Shown here piece by piece: positions 24,219 through 32,765 of a DNA stretch of 42,387 bases (the stretch's first letter is position 1; every line of letters begins with the position of its first letter). Source of the stretch: Gammaproteobacteria bacterium. GTDB lineage: Bacteria > Pseudomonadota > Gammaproteobacteria > JAJDYQ01. A program made the translations under genes and the position numbers. Under the pieces are notes generated by a model. That model was not told the DNA's origin and did no database searches. It saw only the letters and a list, made by a program, of their open reading frames with translations. The stretch covers positions 1-42,387 of the forward strand of contig JAJDYQ010000055.1 of NCBI GenBank assembly GCA_022825085.1. Reading direction: 5' to 3'.

Positions 24219-24306
24219 AATAGATTGCAGAATAAGTAAATTGTGCGCACAATCTGTTACCGGTTGAGCAGGTTGTTCGGAAATACATCATCCCGACATA
24301 CATATA

Positions 24307-24612
24307 ATGTACTACAAATATCACGTATTTTTTTGTACAAATTGCCGTAAAGACGGGCAGGAGTGCTGCGAACATCACGACGCATCCAGCAAACGAGCCT
24401 ATCTGAAGGCACGCTGCAAGGAGCTGGGGCTGACCGGCAAAGGCGGCATCCGAGTCAATACGGCCGGCTGCCTGGACCGCTGCGAGCAGGGACCGGTGAT
24501 GGTGATTTACCCGCAGGGCGTCTGGTACACCTACGTTGACGAGGAAGATCTGGAAGATATACTCCAGCAGCATTTGCTGGGAGACGAAGAAGTACAGAGA
24601 CTAAAGATTTAA
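24307..24612 (+). CDS. Thioredoxin-like [2Fe-2S] ferredoxin
   Basis: HVFFCTNCR...CC...AGCLDRCEQGP...YPQGVWY. Confidence 0.9.
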   Translation: MYYKYHVFFCTNCRKDGQECCEHHDASSKRAYLKARCKELGLTGKGGIRVNTAGCLDRCEQGPVMVIYPQGVWYTYVDEEDLEDILQQHLLGDEEVQRLKI

Positions 24613-24668
24613 ACATTGCCACCGCAGAGGTCGGCCGCGAGGTACCGACTGTAGCTTTGACCGGCCCT

Positions 24669-25301
24669 CTACAGACCAACAACAATGCTTACCCCAAAAT
24701 TGTGGATAGTACCACTATCCCAGCTACCACTCCAACCCTCTGGATCAATTCTCAACCCTTCGTACTCGAGGCGAACTATGGCATCGGTATCCAGCAGGCT
24801 GGTCTGATAACCCAGCCCATAAAACACCGCGTTATCTTTATCTTCAATGGAAATACCAGTACCGTTCGCAGTAATACCCTCAACATTCATTTTCCATTTA
24901 TGCAGGCCCAGTTTGGCAAAAAATTTGTTACTGAAGTAATAAACACCAGCAATACCAAAACTGTAGCCATCGGTATCGGCATCACCACTGCTCGGAGAAG
25001 CTCCAACTACTCTTTCTGTTAGTTCCACTTCAGAGTCGCCGCCAATGGTCATGTATTGAAGCTCAAAAGCAAGCTTCTCAAAAAAGCCGGGGCCATCAGA
25101 CTTGAAGCCCAGCATGGCTTTGGGGTTCAGGGCAGAGTAAGCAAGCTCAGCACTGGCCGGGGACGAGAGTATACTTCCCTCGCCCTTTGTATCATACTTG
25201 GAGTGAGCAAGACCTACGCCGCCGTAGATATCCGGGGCCGCCATGGTTATCTGGGACAAGGTCAACCCGAGAACCGCAGCCAGCCACTGAAACATCTTCA
25301 T
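24669..25301 (-). CDS. Small outer-membrane beta-barrel protein (OmpA-membrane-domain-like)
   Basis: Signal peptide MKMFQWLAAVLGLTLSQITMA, amphipathic strands YGGVGL, YGLGYQ and VRLEYE; GGAG RBS. Confidence 0.75.
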   Translation of the reverse strand: MKMFQWLAAVLGLTLSQITMAAPDIYGGVGLAHSKYDTKGEGSILSSPASAELAYSALNPKAMLGFKSDGPGFFEKLAFELQYMTIGGDSEVELTERVVGASPSSGDADTDGYSFGIAGVYYFSNKFFAKLGLHKWKMNVEGITANGTGISIEDKDNAVFYGLGYQTSLLDTDAIVRLEYEGLRIDPEGWSGSWDSGTIHNFGVSIVVGL

Positions 25302-25598
25302 CTTTTTCTCCTTTGGTTGGTTATAAAATATAAATAACACCGAATCAGATAGTAGCAGGCCTTTGCCGTCTTAAAGGAAACCTGCCACTATACCCATTCA
25401 CTACAACAGGAAATAACCTCATTACATTGAATGGCTGTTGTATTCGGTCAGAAACCCGACAGGCTTCCCCTGTCAATAACAATACTGATTTTCATACGGC
25501 AACAGGTGCTGTGTCAATTGTTTATGCGTATATTATTCTGTCTGCGGCGACCGTAACCGGTTTTCGCCATGCCCGGCAGGCATTCAGCATGCCCTTCT

Positions 25599-25802
25599 CT
25601 ATACTCTCAGTCGCTTCCAGTTAATCACCGTAACTTCTTTAAGATGTTTCTGCTCTTTTATCTGCTTGGCAACTTCACGGACGATCTCTTCATTATCGAA
25701 CTCAACCGGACTAAGTACCTTCTGTGAACCAAAGCGCGTCTCTCCTGCAATCAGGCCAACATAAACGACATAGTATGGAATGCCCTGCTCCGACATCATC
25801 AT
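25599..25802 (-). CDS. Small hypothetical protein
   Basis: 67-aa ORF 9 bp downstream of the second pilU, with a GAGAG RBS and protein-like composition. Confidence 0.6.
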   Translation of the reverse strand: MMMSEQGIPYYVVYVGLIAGETRFGSQKVLSPVEFDNEEIVREVAKQIKEQKHLKEVTVINWKRLRV

Positions 25803-25811
25803 CTCTCGATA

Positions 25812-26873
25812 TTATTCGCCAAAATTAATTTTGGCTTCCAGATTTGTCTTGGAGTCCGCATTATCCAAGGCTTCATCCATCGATATCTGGTTTTCCTTGT
25901 ATAGATTATAAAGTGCGCTGTCAAATGTGACCATGCCCTTGGCACCACTACCTTCCATGATTTCCTTGATTTCATGAATGTCACCTCTCATTATCAGTTC
26001 AGCAATATGGGGAGTATTAACCAGTATTTCGACAGCTGCACAACGCTTTTTATGCACTCCCATGACCAGTCGTTGTGAAATAATGGCAACCAGATTTAAT
26101 GACAAATCCATAAACAATTGTTTGTGGAGATTTTGAGGGAACATATTAATTACTCGCTCCAAAGCCTGATTGGCATTATTGGAATGCAGGGTCGATACCA
26201 CCAGGTGACCGGTATTGCAAAGCTCCATGACTGCTTCCATGACCTCACGGTCTCTGATTTCGCCAATGAGAATAACATCAGGTGCTTCACGCAAGCTGGC
26301 TTTCAGTGCATTGCTGTAGCTGTGGGTATCCATCCCGACTTCACGCTGATTAACAATCGATTTCCGATTCGGATGAGAAAATTCGACCGGATCTTCAATA
26401 GTGAGGATATGACCGGCAGAATTTCTATTTCGATGATCAATCATTGCTGCCAGCGTTGTTGATTTACCGGAACCTGCCGCCCCGACCATAAGAATCAGGC
26501 CGCGCTTTTCCAGTATCAGATCAAGCAGTATCGATGGCAATCGGAGATCATCAGCTGTCGGAATTTTTGAGGGAATCAAACGCAGGACAAGGCCTATATG
26601 CCCTCTCTGCCTGAAGACATTGACACGAAAACGGGCACCACTATCAGCTAATGCAATCGCAAAGTCGCTTTCCATATGGTCTTCAAAGCGTCTAATCTGC
26701 TCATCATTCATAATGTTATAGGCAGCCTCGCGGGTCATATCAGTTGTCAATACGGTTCTTCCGACCGCAACAACCTGCCCCTCAAGTTTTATATTGATCC
26801 GCGAGTTAACCGTAAGAAAAAGGTCGGAAGCCCCCTTCTGAACCATGAGTTTAAGATAGGGCGTAAGGTCCAT
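25812..26873 (-). CDS. Second PilU-like type IV pilus ATPase
   Basis: ASDLFL, RFRVN, Walker A GAAGSGKST, TIEDPVE, LREAPDVILIGEIRD and TGHLVVSTLH motifs. Confidence 0.93.
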   Translation of the reverse strand: MDLTPYLKLMVQKGASDLFLTVNSRINIKLEGQVVAVGRTVLTTDMTREAAYNIMNDEQIRRFEDHMESDFAIALADSGARFRVNVFRQRGHIGLVLRLIPSKIPTADDLRLPSILLDLILEKRGLILMVGAAGSGKSTTLAAMIDHRNRNSAGHILTIEDPVEFSHPNRKSIVNQREVGMDTHSYSNALKASLREAPDVILIGEIRDREVMEAVMELCNTGHLVVSTLHSNNANQALERVINMFPQNLHKQLFMDLSLNLVAIISQRLVMGVHKKRCAAVEILVNTPHIAELIMRGDIHEIKEIMEGSGAKGMVTFDSALYNLYKENQISMDEALDNADSKTNLEAKINFGE

Positions 26874-26924
26874 AAGTATTCCTTTACAGGCGTGGATAGT
26901 CGGCCGAGTGCCGAATTATCACGC

Positions 26925-28079
26925 CTATACGGACTCTTCCTCATCTTCAAGGGTAAGATGATCCAGCCCATCCAGCTTGTTCTTACTCTTGGATGCCTTG
27001 CCCTGCAATTTGATTTTAAGCCGTAGTTCATTAGCCGAGTCTGCATTTTTAATGGCATTGTCGTAGTCAATTTTGCCGGCCTCGTATAAATCAAACAGTG
27101 CGTCATCGAAAGTTACCATGCCTAACTCACGGGATTTTTTCATAATTTCCTTAATCCCATGAATCTCACCTTTCAGAATCAAATCCGCAATCAACGGCGA
27201 GTTCAGCATGATTTCAATCGCAGCAACCCGCCCCTTGCCATCCACTGTAGGCAGTAATCGCTGTGATACTACCGCCTTGAGATTTAATGAAAGATCCATC
27301 AATAACTGGGCTTTACGCTCTTCCGAGAAGAAGTTGATAATTCGATCAATCGCCTGATTAGCGGAGTTAGCGTGTAGTGTCGCCATGCAGAGGTGACCGG
27401 TCTCAGCAAAGGCAATGGCATGCTCCATACTCTCGGCATCACGAATCTCTCCCATAAGAATGACATCTGGAGCCTGACGCAGAGTGTTCTTCAGGGCCAC
27501 TCCCCAGGTTTCAGCATCCAGGCCAATTTCCCTCTGTGTAACTATACTCTTCTTGTGCGGATGCACATATTCGATTGGGTCTTCCAAAGTAATAATATGG
27601 CCACGCTCATTCTCATTACGATGGTTGATGATAGCCGCCAGAGAGGTCGATTTACCGGAACCTGTTCCACCAACCATGATCGCCAGACCACGCTTGGTCA
27701 TAGCCACATCCTTCAGCACTTCAGGCAGTTTAAGCTGATCCATGGTGGGCACTTCCGTGGTGATAGTACGAAGGATCATGCCCATATTACCTTGTTGCAC
27801 AAAGGCGTTTGCCCGAAAGCGACCAATGCCAGGCGGAGAGATGGCAAAGTTACATTCGTTAGTCGCCTCAAATTCCTTCAGTTGCTTATCACGCATCACG
27901 GCATAGACCATCGCCTTGGTATCTTCAGGCTTAAGCGCGGTTTTGGTCACAGCCGTTACCTTCCCATGAATCTTGATAGCCGGCGGAAATCCAACGGTCA
28001 CAAACATATCGGACCCGTCCTTGGCGATCATTGTATTCAGCAGGTCGAGTACAAATTTAATTGCCTGATCTCTTTCCAT
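26925..28079 (-). CDS. pilU: Type IV pilus retraction ATPase PilU
   Basis: GGTGSGKST, LRQAPDVILMGEIRD and ATLHANSANQAIDRIINFF motifs; follows pilT. Confidence 0.93.
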   Translation of the reverse strand: MERDQAIKFVLDLLNTMIAKDGSDMFVTVGFPPAIKIHGKVTAVTKTALKPEDTKAMVYAVMRDKQLKEFEATNECNFAISPPGIGRFRANAFVQQGNMGMILRTITTEVPTMDQLKLPEVLKDVAMTKRGLAIMVGGTGSGKSTSLAAIINHRNENERGHIITLEDPIEYVHPHKKSIVTQREIGLDAETWGVALKNTLRQAPDVILMGEIRDAESMEHAIAFAETGHLCMATLHANSANQAIDRIINFFSEERKAQLLMDLSLNLKAVVSQRLLPTVDGKGRVAAIEIMLNSPLIADLILKGEIHGIKEIMKKSRELGMVTFDDALFDLYEAGKIDYDNAIKNADSANELRLKIKLQGKASKSKNKLDGLDHLTLEDEEESV

Positions 28080-28271
28080 TACTTATAACCCTAAAAAATT
28101 TAATTGGAAATTCTGAATAGAACCATGTTGGACCTAACAGAAATGTCTTTTATTTCTCTTTAAAAATCAATCATTTGCTTTCAGCCATTTCAGCAATACA
28201 GCTCTGCATTACAGGAGACCCCGATTTAATCAGGGCCACTCTGATTAAGGCATGCAAATCACTAACACAGC

Positions 28272-29309
28272 TTATAGAAAACCATCTGGATTGGCCGCCT
28301 TTTCTCTCGCCACCAGTTTTTCGACTACACCCTTTTTCACCAGAGTCTGAAGATTCTGATCCAGAGTCTGCATACCAAACTGCTGTCCGGTCTGAATCGC
28401 CGTGAACATCTGCGCAATTTTATTCTCACGGATAAGGTTACGAATCGCGGGGGTGCCAATCATAATTTCATGAGCAGCCACGCGCCCACCACCTTTCTTC
28501 TTTAACAGTGTCTGCGCGATAACCGCCTTCAGCGATTCTGAAAGCATAGCCCGAATCATATCCTTTTCCTCCGCTGGAAACACGTCAACAATACGATCAA
28601 TAGTCTTGGCCGCCGAACTCGTATGCAGGGTTCCGAACACCATGTGACCTGTTTCCGCAGCTGACAATGCGAGGCGAATTGTCTCCAGATCGCGCATTTC
28701 CCCAACCAGAATAACATCAGGGTCTTCGCGCAGAGCCGAACGTAATGCTTCATTGAATCCCAGGGTATCCCGATGTACTTCACGCTGATTAATCAGACAT
28801 CGCTTACTCTGGTGCACAAATTCGATAGGATCTTCGATTGTCAGGATATGACCGAATTCACTTTCATTACGGTGGTTCAGCATCGCAGCCAGAGTAGTTG
28901 ACTTGCCTGAGCCCGTAGGCCCCGTGACGCAACATACGCCTCGCGGCAGCATTGCCAGCTCGGCAAACTTTTTGGGGGCATCCAGTTGCTCAAGTGTAAG
29001 AATTTCCGAAGGGATGGTCCGAAAAACTGCACCTGCTCCACGATTCTGGTTAAAGGCATTAACACGAAAACGGGCCAAATTCGGAATTTCAAAGGAGAAG
29101 TCACATTCATAGAACTCCTCGTAATCCTTGCGCTGCTTGTCATTCATAATATCATAAACCATGTCATGGACCATCTTGTGATCCATCTCAGGCACGTTAA
29201 TACGCCTCACATCACCATCGACACGGATCATAGGGGGCAACCCTGATGACAGATGAAGATCCGAGGCACCATTTTTGACGCTGAACGCGAGCAACTCGCC
29301 AATATCCAC
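28272..29309 (-). CDS. pilT: Type IV pilus retraction ATPase PilT
   Basis: GTG start, GPTGSGKST and the AIRNLIRE motif; divergent from yggS. Confidence 0.97.
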   Translation of the reverse strand: MDIGELLAFSVKNGASDLHLSSGLPPMIRVDGDVRRINVPEMDHKMVHDMVYDIMNDKQRKDYEEFYECDFSFEIPNLARFRVNAFNQNRGAGAVFRTIPSEILTLEQLDAPKKFAELAMLPRGVCCVTGPTGSGKSTTLAAMLNHRNESEFGHILTIEDPIEFVHQSKRCLINQREVHRDTLGFNEALRSALREDPDVILVGEMRDLETIRLALSAAETGHMVFGTLHTSSAAKTIDRIVDVFPAEEKDMIRAMLSESLKAVIAQTLLKKKGGGRVAAHEIMIGTPAIRNLIRENKIAQMFTAIQTGQQFGMQTLDQNLQTLVKKGVVEKLVAREKAANPDGFL

Positions 29310-29565
29310 TACGCTTTCCTCTTTGTGTTACCCTAAAGGTTGTTTAGAAGCCCTGATTAACAGGTAAATATGATAAACCCAATAATGAATTGAGACCAGT
29401 CAGTCCAGTAAGCATTACTTAGAGATAATAAACCCAATAACAGACTGAGGCCAGCATAATTAGGCCCTGACTTGACCGATTCCCTTGAAAGACGATATTC
29501 CAGTAAAGCTCTGGAAGCCTATTATACCGAAATATGCAATATTCTGACCGCCTAATCGATAGACC

Positions 29566-30267
29566 ATGACCACCACAGACGTCAATATTGGGGATAACAT
29601 TCACCGAATAAAACGAAAAATAAGCTCTACAGCCAGCCTGTATCAGAAGGCAGCCGATGATATTCAGCTACTTGCCGTCAGTAAAACCTTCTCCGTACAG
29701 GCCATCAGGGCAGCCTATACAGCCGGGCAACGCCTATTCGGCGAGAGTTATATCGACGAAGCCATCGAAAAAATCCAGCTTCTCTCCGAATCGGATATTG
29801 AATGGCACTATATTGGCCCGATCCAGAGTAATAAAACCAGAAAAATCGCCTCGCATTTTGCATGGACTCAAAGCCTTGGCACAGCCAGACATGCCAGACG
29901 ATTAAATGAACACCGCCACGGCCAGCCTCCATTAAATGTCTGCATCCAGATTAATATCAGCGGAGAGAACACCAAGTCAGGCATCGCTCTACATGAGTTG
30001 GAGGACCTTGCAGAGCTGGTATCGGACTTACCCAATCTAAAACTCAGAGGTATTATGGGGATCCCTGCCCCCGAAAAGGACTTTGAGAAGCAAAGAAAGG
30101 CTTTTGCAAAGCTGGCGCAAGCCTACGACCGGCTCCGGAATCAAGGCTATTTACTTGATACACTGTCCATGGGCATGACCAGCGATATGCAGGCCGCTAT
30201 TGCAGAAGGTACAACCATGGTTCGCATTGGCACGGCCATATTTGGGCAAAGACAGAAAAAACAGTAA
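29566..30267 (+). CDS. yggS: PLP homeostasis protein YggS
   Basis: LLAVSK, WHYIGPIQSNK, LSMGM and VRIGTAIFG motifs. Confidence 0.96.
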   Translation: MTTTDVNIGDNIHRIKRKISSTASLYQKAADDIQLLAVSKTFSVQAIRAAYTAGQRLFGESYIDEAIEKIQLLSESDIEWHYIGPIQSNKTRKIASHFAWTQSLGTARHARRLNEHRHGQPPLNVCIQINISGENTKSGIALHELEDLAELVSDLPNLKLRGIMGIPAPEKDFEKQRKAFAKLAQAYDRLRNQGYLLDTLSMGMTSDMQAAIAEGTTMVRIGTAIFGQRQKKQ

Positions 30268-30270
30268 GAT

Positions 30271-31086
30271 ATGACTGAAACCAGAATAGGGTTTATTGGT
30301 GCCGGCAATATGGCCAGCAGCCTGATCAGCGGAATGCTTCGAGCCGGCTATCAAAATGACCGGATTACCGCTGCCGATCCTCAGGCGGAGGCACGAAAAA
30401 AATCGCTTGGGATAGCGGTCACCACCAATAACCGGGAGGTCGCCCTATGCTCAGATGTATTGGTGCTGGCAGTCAAGCCACAAATACTTAAACAGGTATG
30501 TCAGGAACTTTCAGAACCTATAAAGGGAGCGCACCCTCTTGTCATTTCAATCGCCGCCGGCATACGCATTGAGTCTATTCAACGCTGGCTACAATGCAAA
30601 CCACCTGTAATACGAACCATGCCGAATACACCTGCACTGATAGGTCAGGGAATAAGCGCAATGTTCGCAAACTCCGAATGCAATGATACTCAGAGAAATA
30701 TTGCCGAACAAATCATGCAGACTACCGGCCAAACCATATGGCTAACGACCGAGAGAGACATTGATACAGTAACAGCTATCAGCGGAAGCGGGCCTGCCTA
30801 TTTTTTCTTTTTTATTGAATCACTGATAGAGGCCGCCACATCACGTGGACTGCCGCCGGATATGGCCCGGCGTCTGGCTGTACAAACCGCATGCGGTGCC
30901 TCCGGCATGGCCGATCTCGCCGAAGAAGAACCTGCCGAGCTCAGACGCCAGGTTACCTCTCCCGGCGGCACCACCGAGCAGGCAATAAAGATACTTATGG
31001 ATGGTGACCTGCCCGGACTCATCCAAGAAGCCGTCAATGCAGCAGCCAAACGGTCAGAACAACTATCTGAAGAGTTAGGGACATAA
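30271..31086 (+). CDS. proC: Pyrroline-5-carboxylate reductase
   Basis: FIGAGNMA, LAVKPQ, SGSGPAY and VTSPGGTT motifs. Confidence 0.97.
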   Translation: MTETRIGFIGAGNMASSLISGMLRAGYQNDRITAADPQAEARKKSLGIAVTTNNREVALCSDVLVLAVKPQILKQVCQELSEPIKGAHPLVISIAAGIRIESIQRWLQCKPPVIRTMPNTPALIGQGISAMFANSECNDTQRNIAEQIMQTTGQTIWLTTERDIDTVTAISGSGPAYFFFFIESLIEAATSRGLPPDMARRLAVQTACGASGMADLAEEEPAELRRQVTSPGGTTEQAIKILMDGDLPGLIQEAVNAAAKRSEQLSEELGT

Positions 31087-31089
31087 ATC

Positions 31090-31668
31090 TTGGGCCAGTA
31101 TTTAAATGATCCCTTGGTATTTCTGGTCGAAACCATCTTTGGGCTGTATGTGACGGTAGTATTACTGCGCTTTTTATTTCAACTATTCAGCGTGGATTTC
31201 TACAATCCAATATCCCAGCTCATTGTCGAAATAACCAATCCCCCACTCAGGATATTAAGGCGCATAGTTCCAGCAAGGGGCAGAATAGACATCTCATCAA
31301 TTATTCTGATGCTTGTCGTACAGTATGTCTCCTTTACGCTGATCACGCTGATTGTCGGAGCAAAATTTTTACCGGCCGCACTACTCATGTTCAGCGCCAT
31401 CGAGATCATCAATCATATGTTTAATATTTTTATTTTTTCCATCATTATCCTTGCCGTCTTTAGCTGGCTGTCGTCTCCTTATCAATACAGTCCCATCATT
31501 CAGACACTGGTCCAATTAACCCGACCGGTCATGAGACCAGCACGAAGACTGATACCCCCAATGAGTGGCATAGACCTGAGTCCCATGCTGGCGCTCATCG
31601 GACTGTTTTTCTTCAAATTACTGCTTATTCCCCCACTAAGGGATCTCGCCGGGCGTATTCCTGTTTAA
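31090..31668 (+). CDS. yggT: YggT family membrane protein
   Basis: DFYNPISQ, ITNP and GIDLSP motifs; TTG start; conserved yggS-proC-yggT order. Confidence 0.92.
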   Translation: MGQYLNDPLVFLVETIFGLYVTVVLLRFLFQLFSVDFYNPISQLIVEITNPPLRILRRIVPARGRIDISSIILMLVVQYVSFTLITLIVGAKFLPAALLMFSAIEIINHMFNIFIFSIIILAVFSWLSSPYQYSPIIQTLVQLTRPVMRPARRLIPPMSGIDLSPMLALIGLFFFKLLLIPPLRDLAGRIPV

Positions 31669-31778
31669 GGGAAATACCGGACATGACCCTGCTTCGATGC
31701 CGCAGCAGCCACAAAAAAATATTTTCATTAGTCTCTACGAAAATCCAGCCAGAATGCGCCATCAGAACTACTTTTTAC

Positions 31779-31807
31779 TTGCGCCCGGCTTAGTCTTCGG
31801 TTATGCT
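31779..31807 (+). promoter_or_regulatory. Candidate sigma70 promoter of the HU-family gene
   Basis: TTGCGC-17 nt-TATGCT with a T-rich upstream tract, about 55 bp before an ATG that has an AAGGAG RBS. Confidence 0.5.
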
Positions 31808-31861
31808 GAGATTTTTAAGTAGTCCCAAACAGAACCTTCATTCACCAAGGAGAACATTACT

Positions 31862-32197
31862 ATGCCCGCGAAAAAAAAGGCCGCTAGCGTTAAAAAAGCA
31901 CCTACCAAATCACAAATTCATTCTTTTATTGCAGAAGAAACCGGCTTGACCAAAAAAGATGTTGACGCCGTATTCATCACTCTGAACACCCTGATCAAGA
32001 AGAACCTGAACAAACGTTCTGGACCGGGTGACTTCACCATCCCGGGACTAATGAAGATCAGGATCGTTCGCAAGCCGGCCACCAAGGCACGCAAAGGTAT
32101 CAATCCTTTTACCCGCGAAGAGACGATCTTCAAGGCGAAGCCAGCGCGCAATATTGTCAAGGTATCGCCTCTGAAAGGCCTGAAAGATATGGCATAA
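31862..32197 (+). CDS. Divergent HU/IHF-family DNA-binding protein
   Basis: TKSQI...IAEETGLTKKDV helices, ARKGINPFT arm and a basic N-terminal tail. Confidence 0.9.
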   Translation: MPAKKKAASVKKAPTKSQIHSFIAEETGLTKKDVDAVFITLNTLIKKNLNKRSGPGDFTIPGLMKIRIVRKPATKARKGINPFTREETIFKAKPARNIVKVSPLKGLKDMA

Positions 32198-32226
32198 GTC
32201 CGTATCCCCCGAATTTCATGCTTATC

Positions 32227-32249
32227 AGGCCCGGCATCGCCGGGCTTTT
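32227..32249 (+). terminator. Rho-independent terminator
   Basis: GCCCGGC-ATC-GCCGGGC hairpin followed by TTTT, 30 bp after the HU stop. Confidence 0.8.
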
Positions 32250-32318
32250 CATTGCTCCTGACTTACAACCGACTCCAGAGCAGCAGATTACAAAAGAAGA
32301 AGTCTGCATAAGACGAGG

Positions 32319-32765
32319 TCAATTTTCTATTGCCTCATGCTTGGTCTGAATAAAATCTCGATGTGGCACATACAACCAGTCTGCCAACTTTCTGATCGTA
32401 TGCTCTTCATGCGGATTCAGCTGGCCATCTGCATAGGCTACATCCCATAGCATACGAATCAAATCCCGCTTTTCCCGAGGCCGATATTCATTATTGATGG
32501 TGCGCACGACACCATGTAGTGAAACGGCATCTATGGATTCCTGTAACGCCTTGTCCATTAATTGTTTCGTTTCATGCTCTCCCAGAGAAAAGGCCTGCAT
32601 AATGTGCCGGCATATCGTGCTCATCTCAGATTCGTCGGCATGCATATCCGCACGCAGCACTTCAAACATTAAAACTGCACAGGCCAGCCTTAACGAATGT
32701 CCTTCGTCATCAATGCTGACTTCCGCAAACATATTCTGCAGTACACCTTTCAAGTTGCTGATCAA
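32319..32765 (-). CDS. TerB family protein
   Basis: LACAVLMFEVLRAD and LWDVAYADG...EEHTIRKLA motifs. The TTG start overlaps the mpl stop (TTGA). Confidence 0.85.
   Translation of the reverse strand: MISNLKGVLQNMFAEVSIDDEGHSLRLACAVLMFEVLRADMHADESEMSTICRHIMQAFSLGEHETKQLMDKALQESIDAVSLHGVVRTINNEYRPREKRDLIRMLWDVAYADGQLNPHEEHTIRKLADWLYVPHRDFIQTKHEAIEN

Noticed and set aside
24224-24251. dif-like site suggested by TTGTGCGCACA
   Set aside because: It resembles only the XerC arm; there is no TTATGTTAAAT-like XerD arm at 6-bp spacing.
29373-29454. Possible mini-CRISPR array
   Set aside because: There are only two imperfect, non-palindromic copies and no cas genes. It is kept as a regulatory repeat instead.
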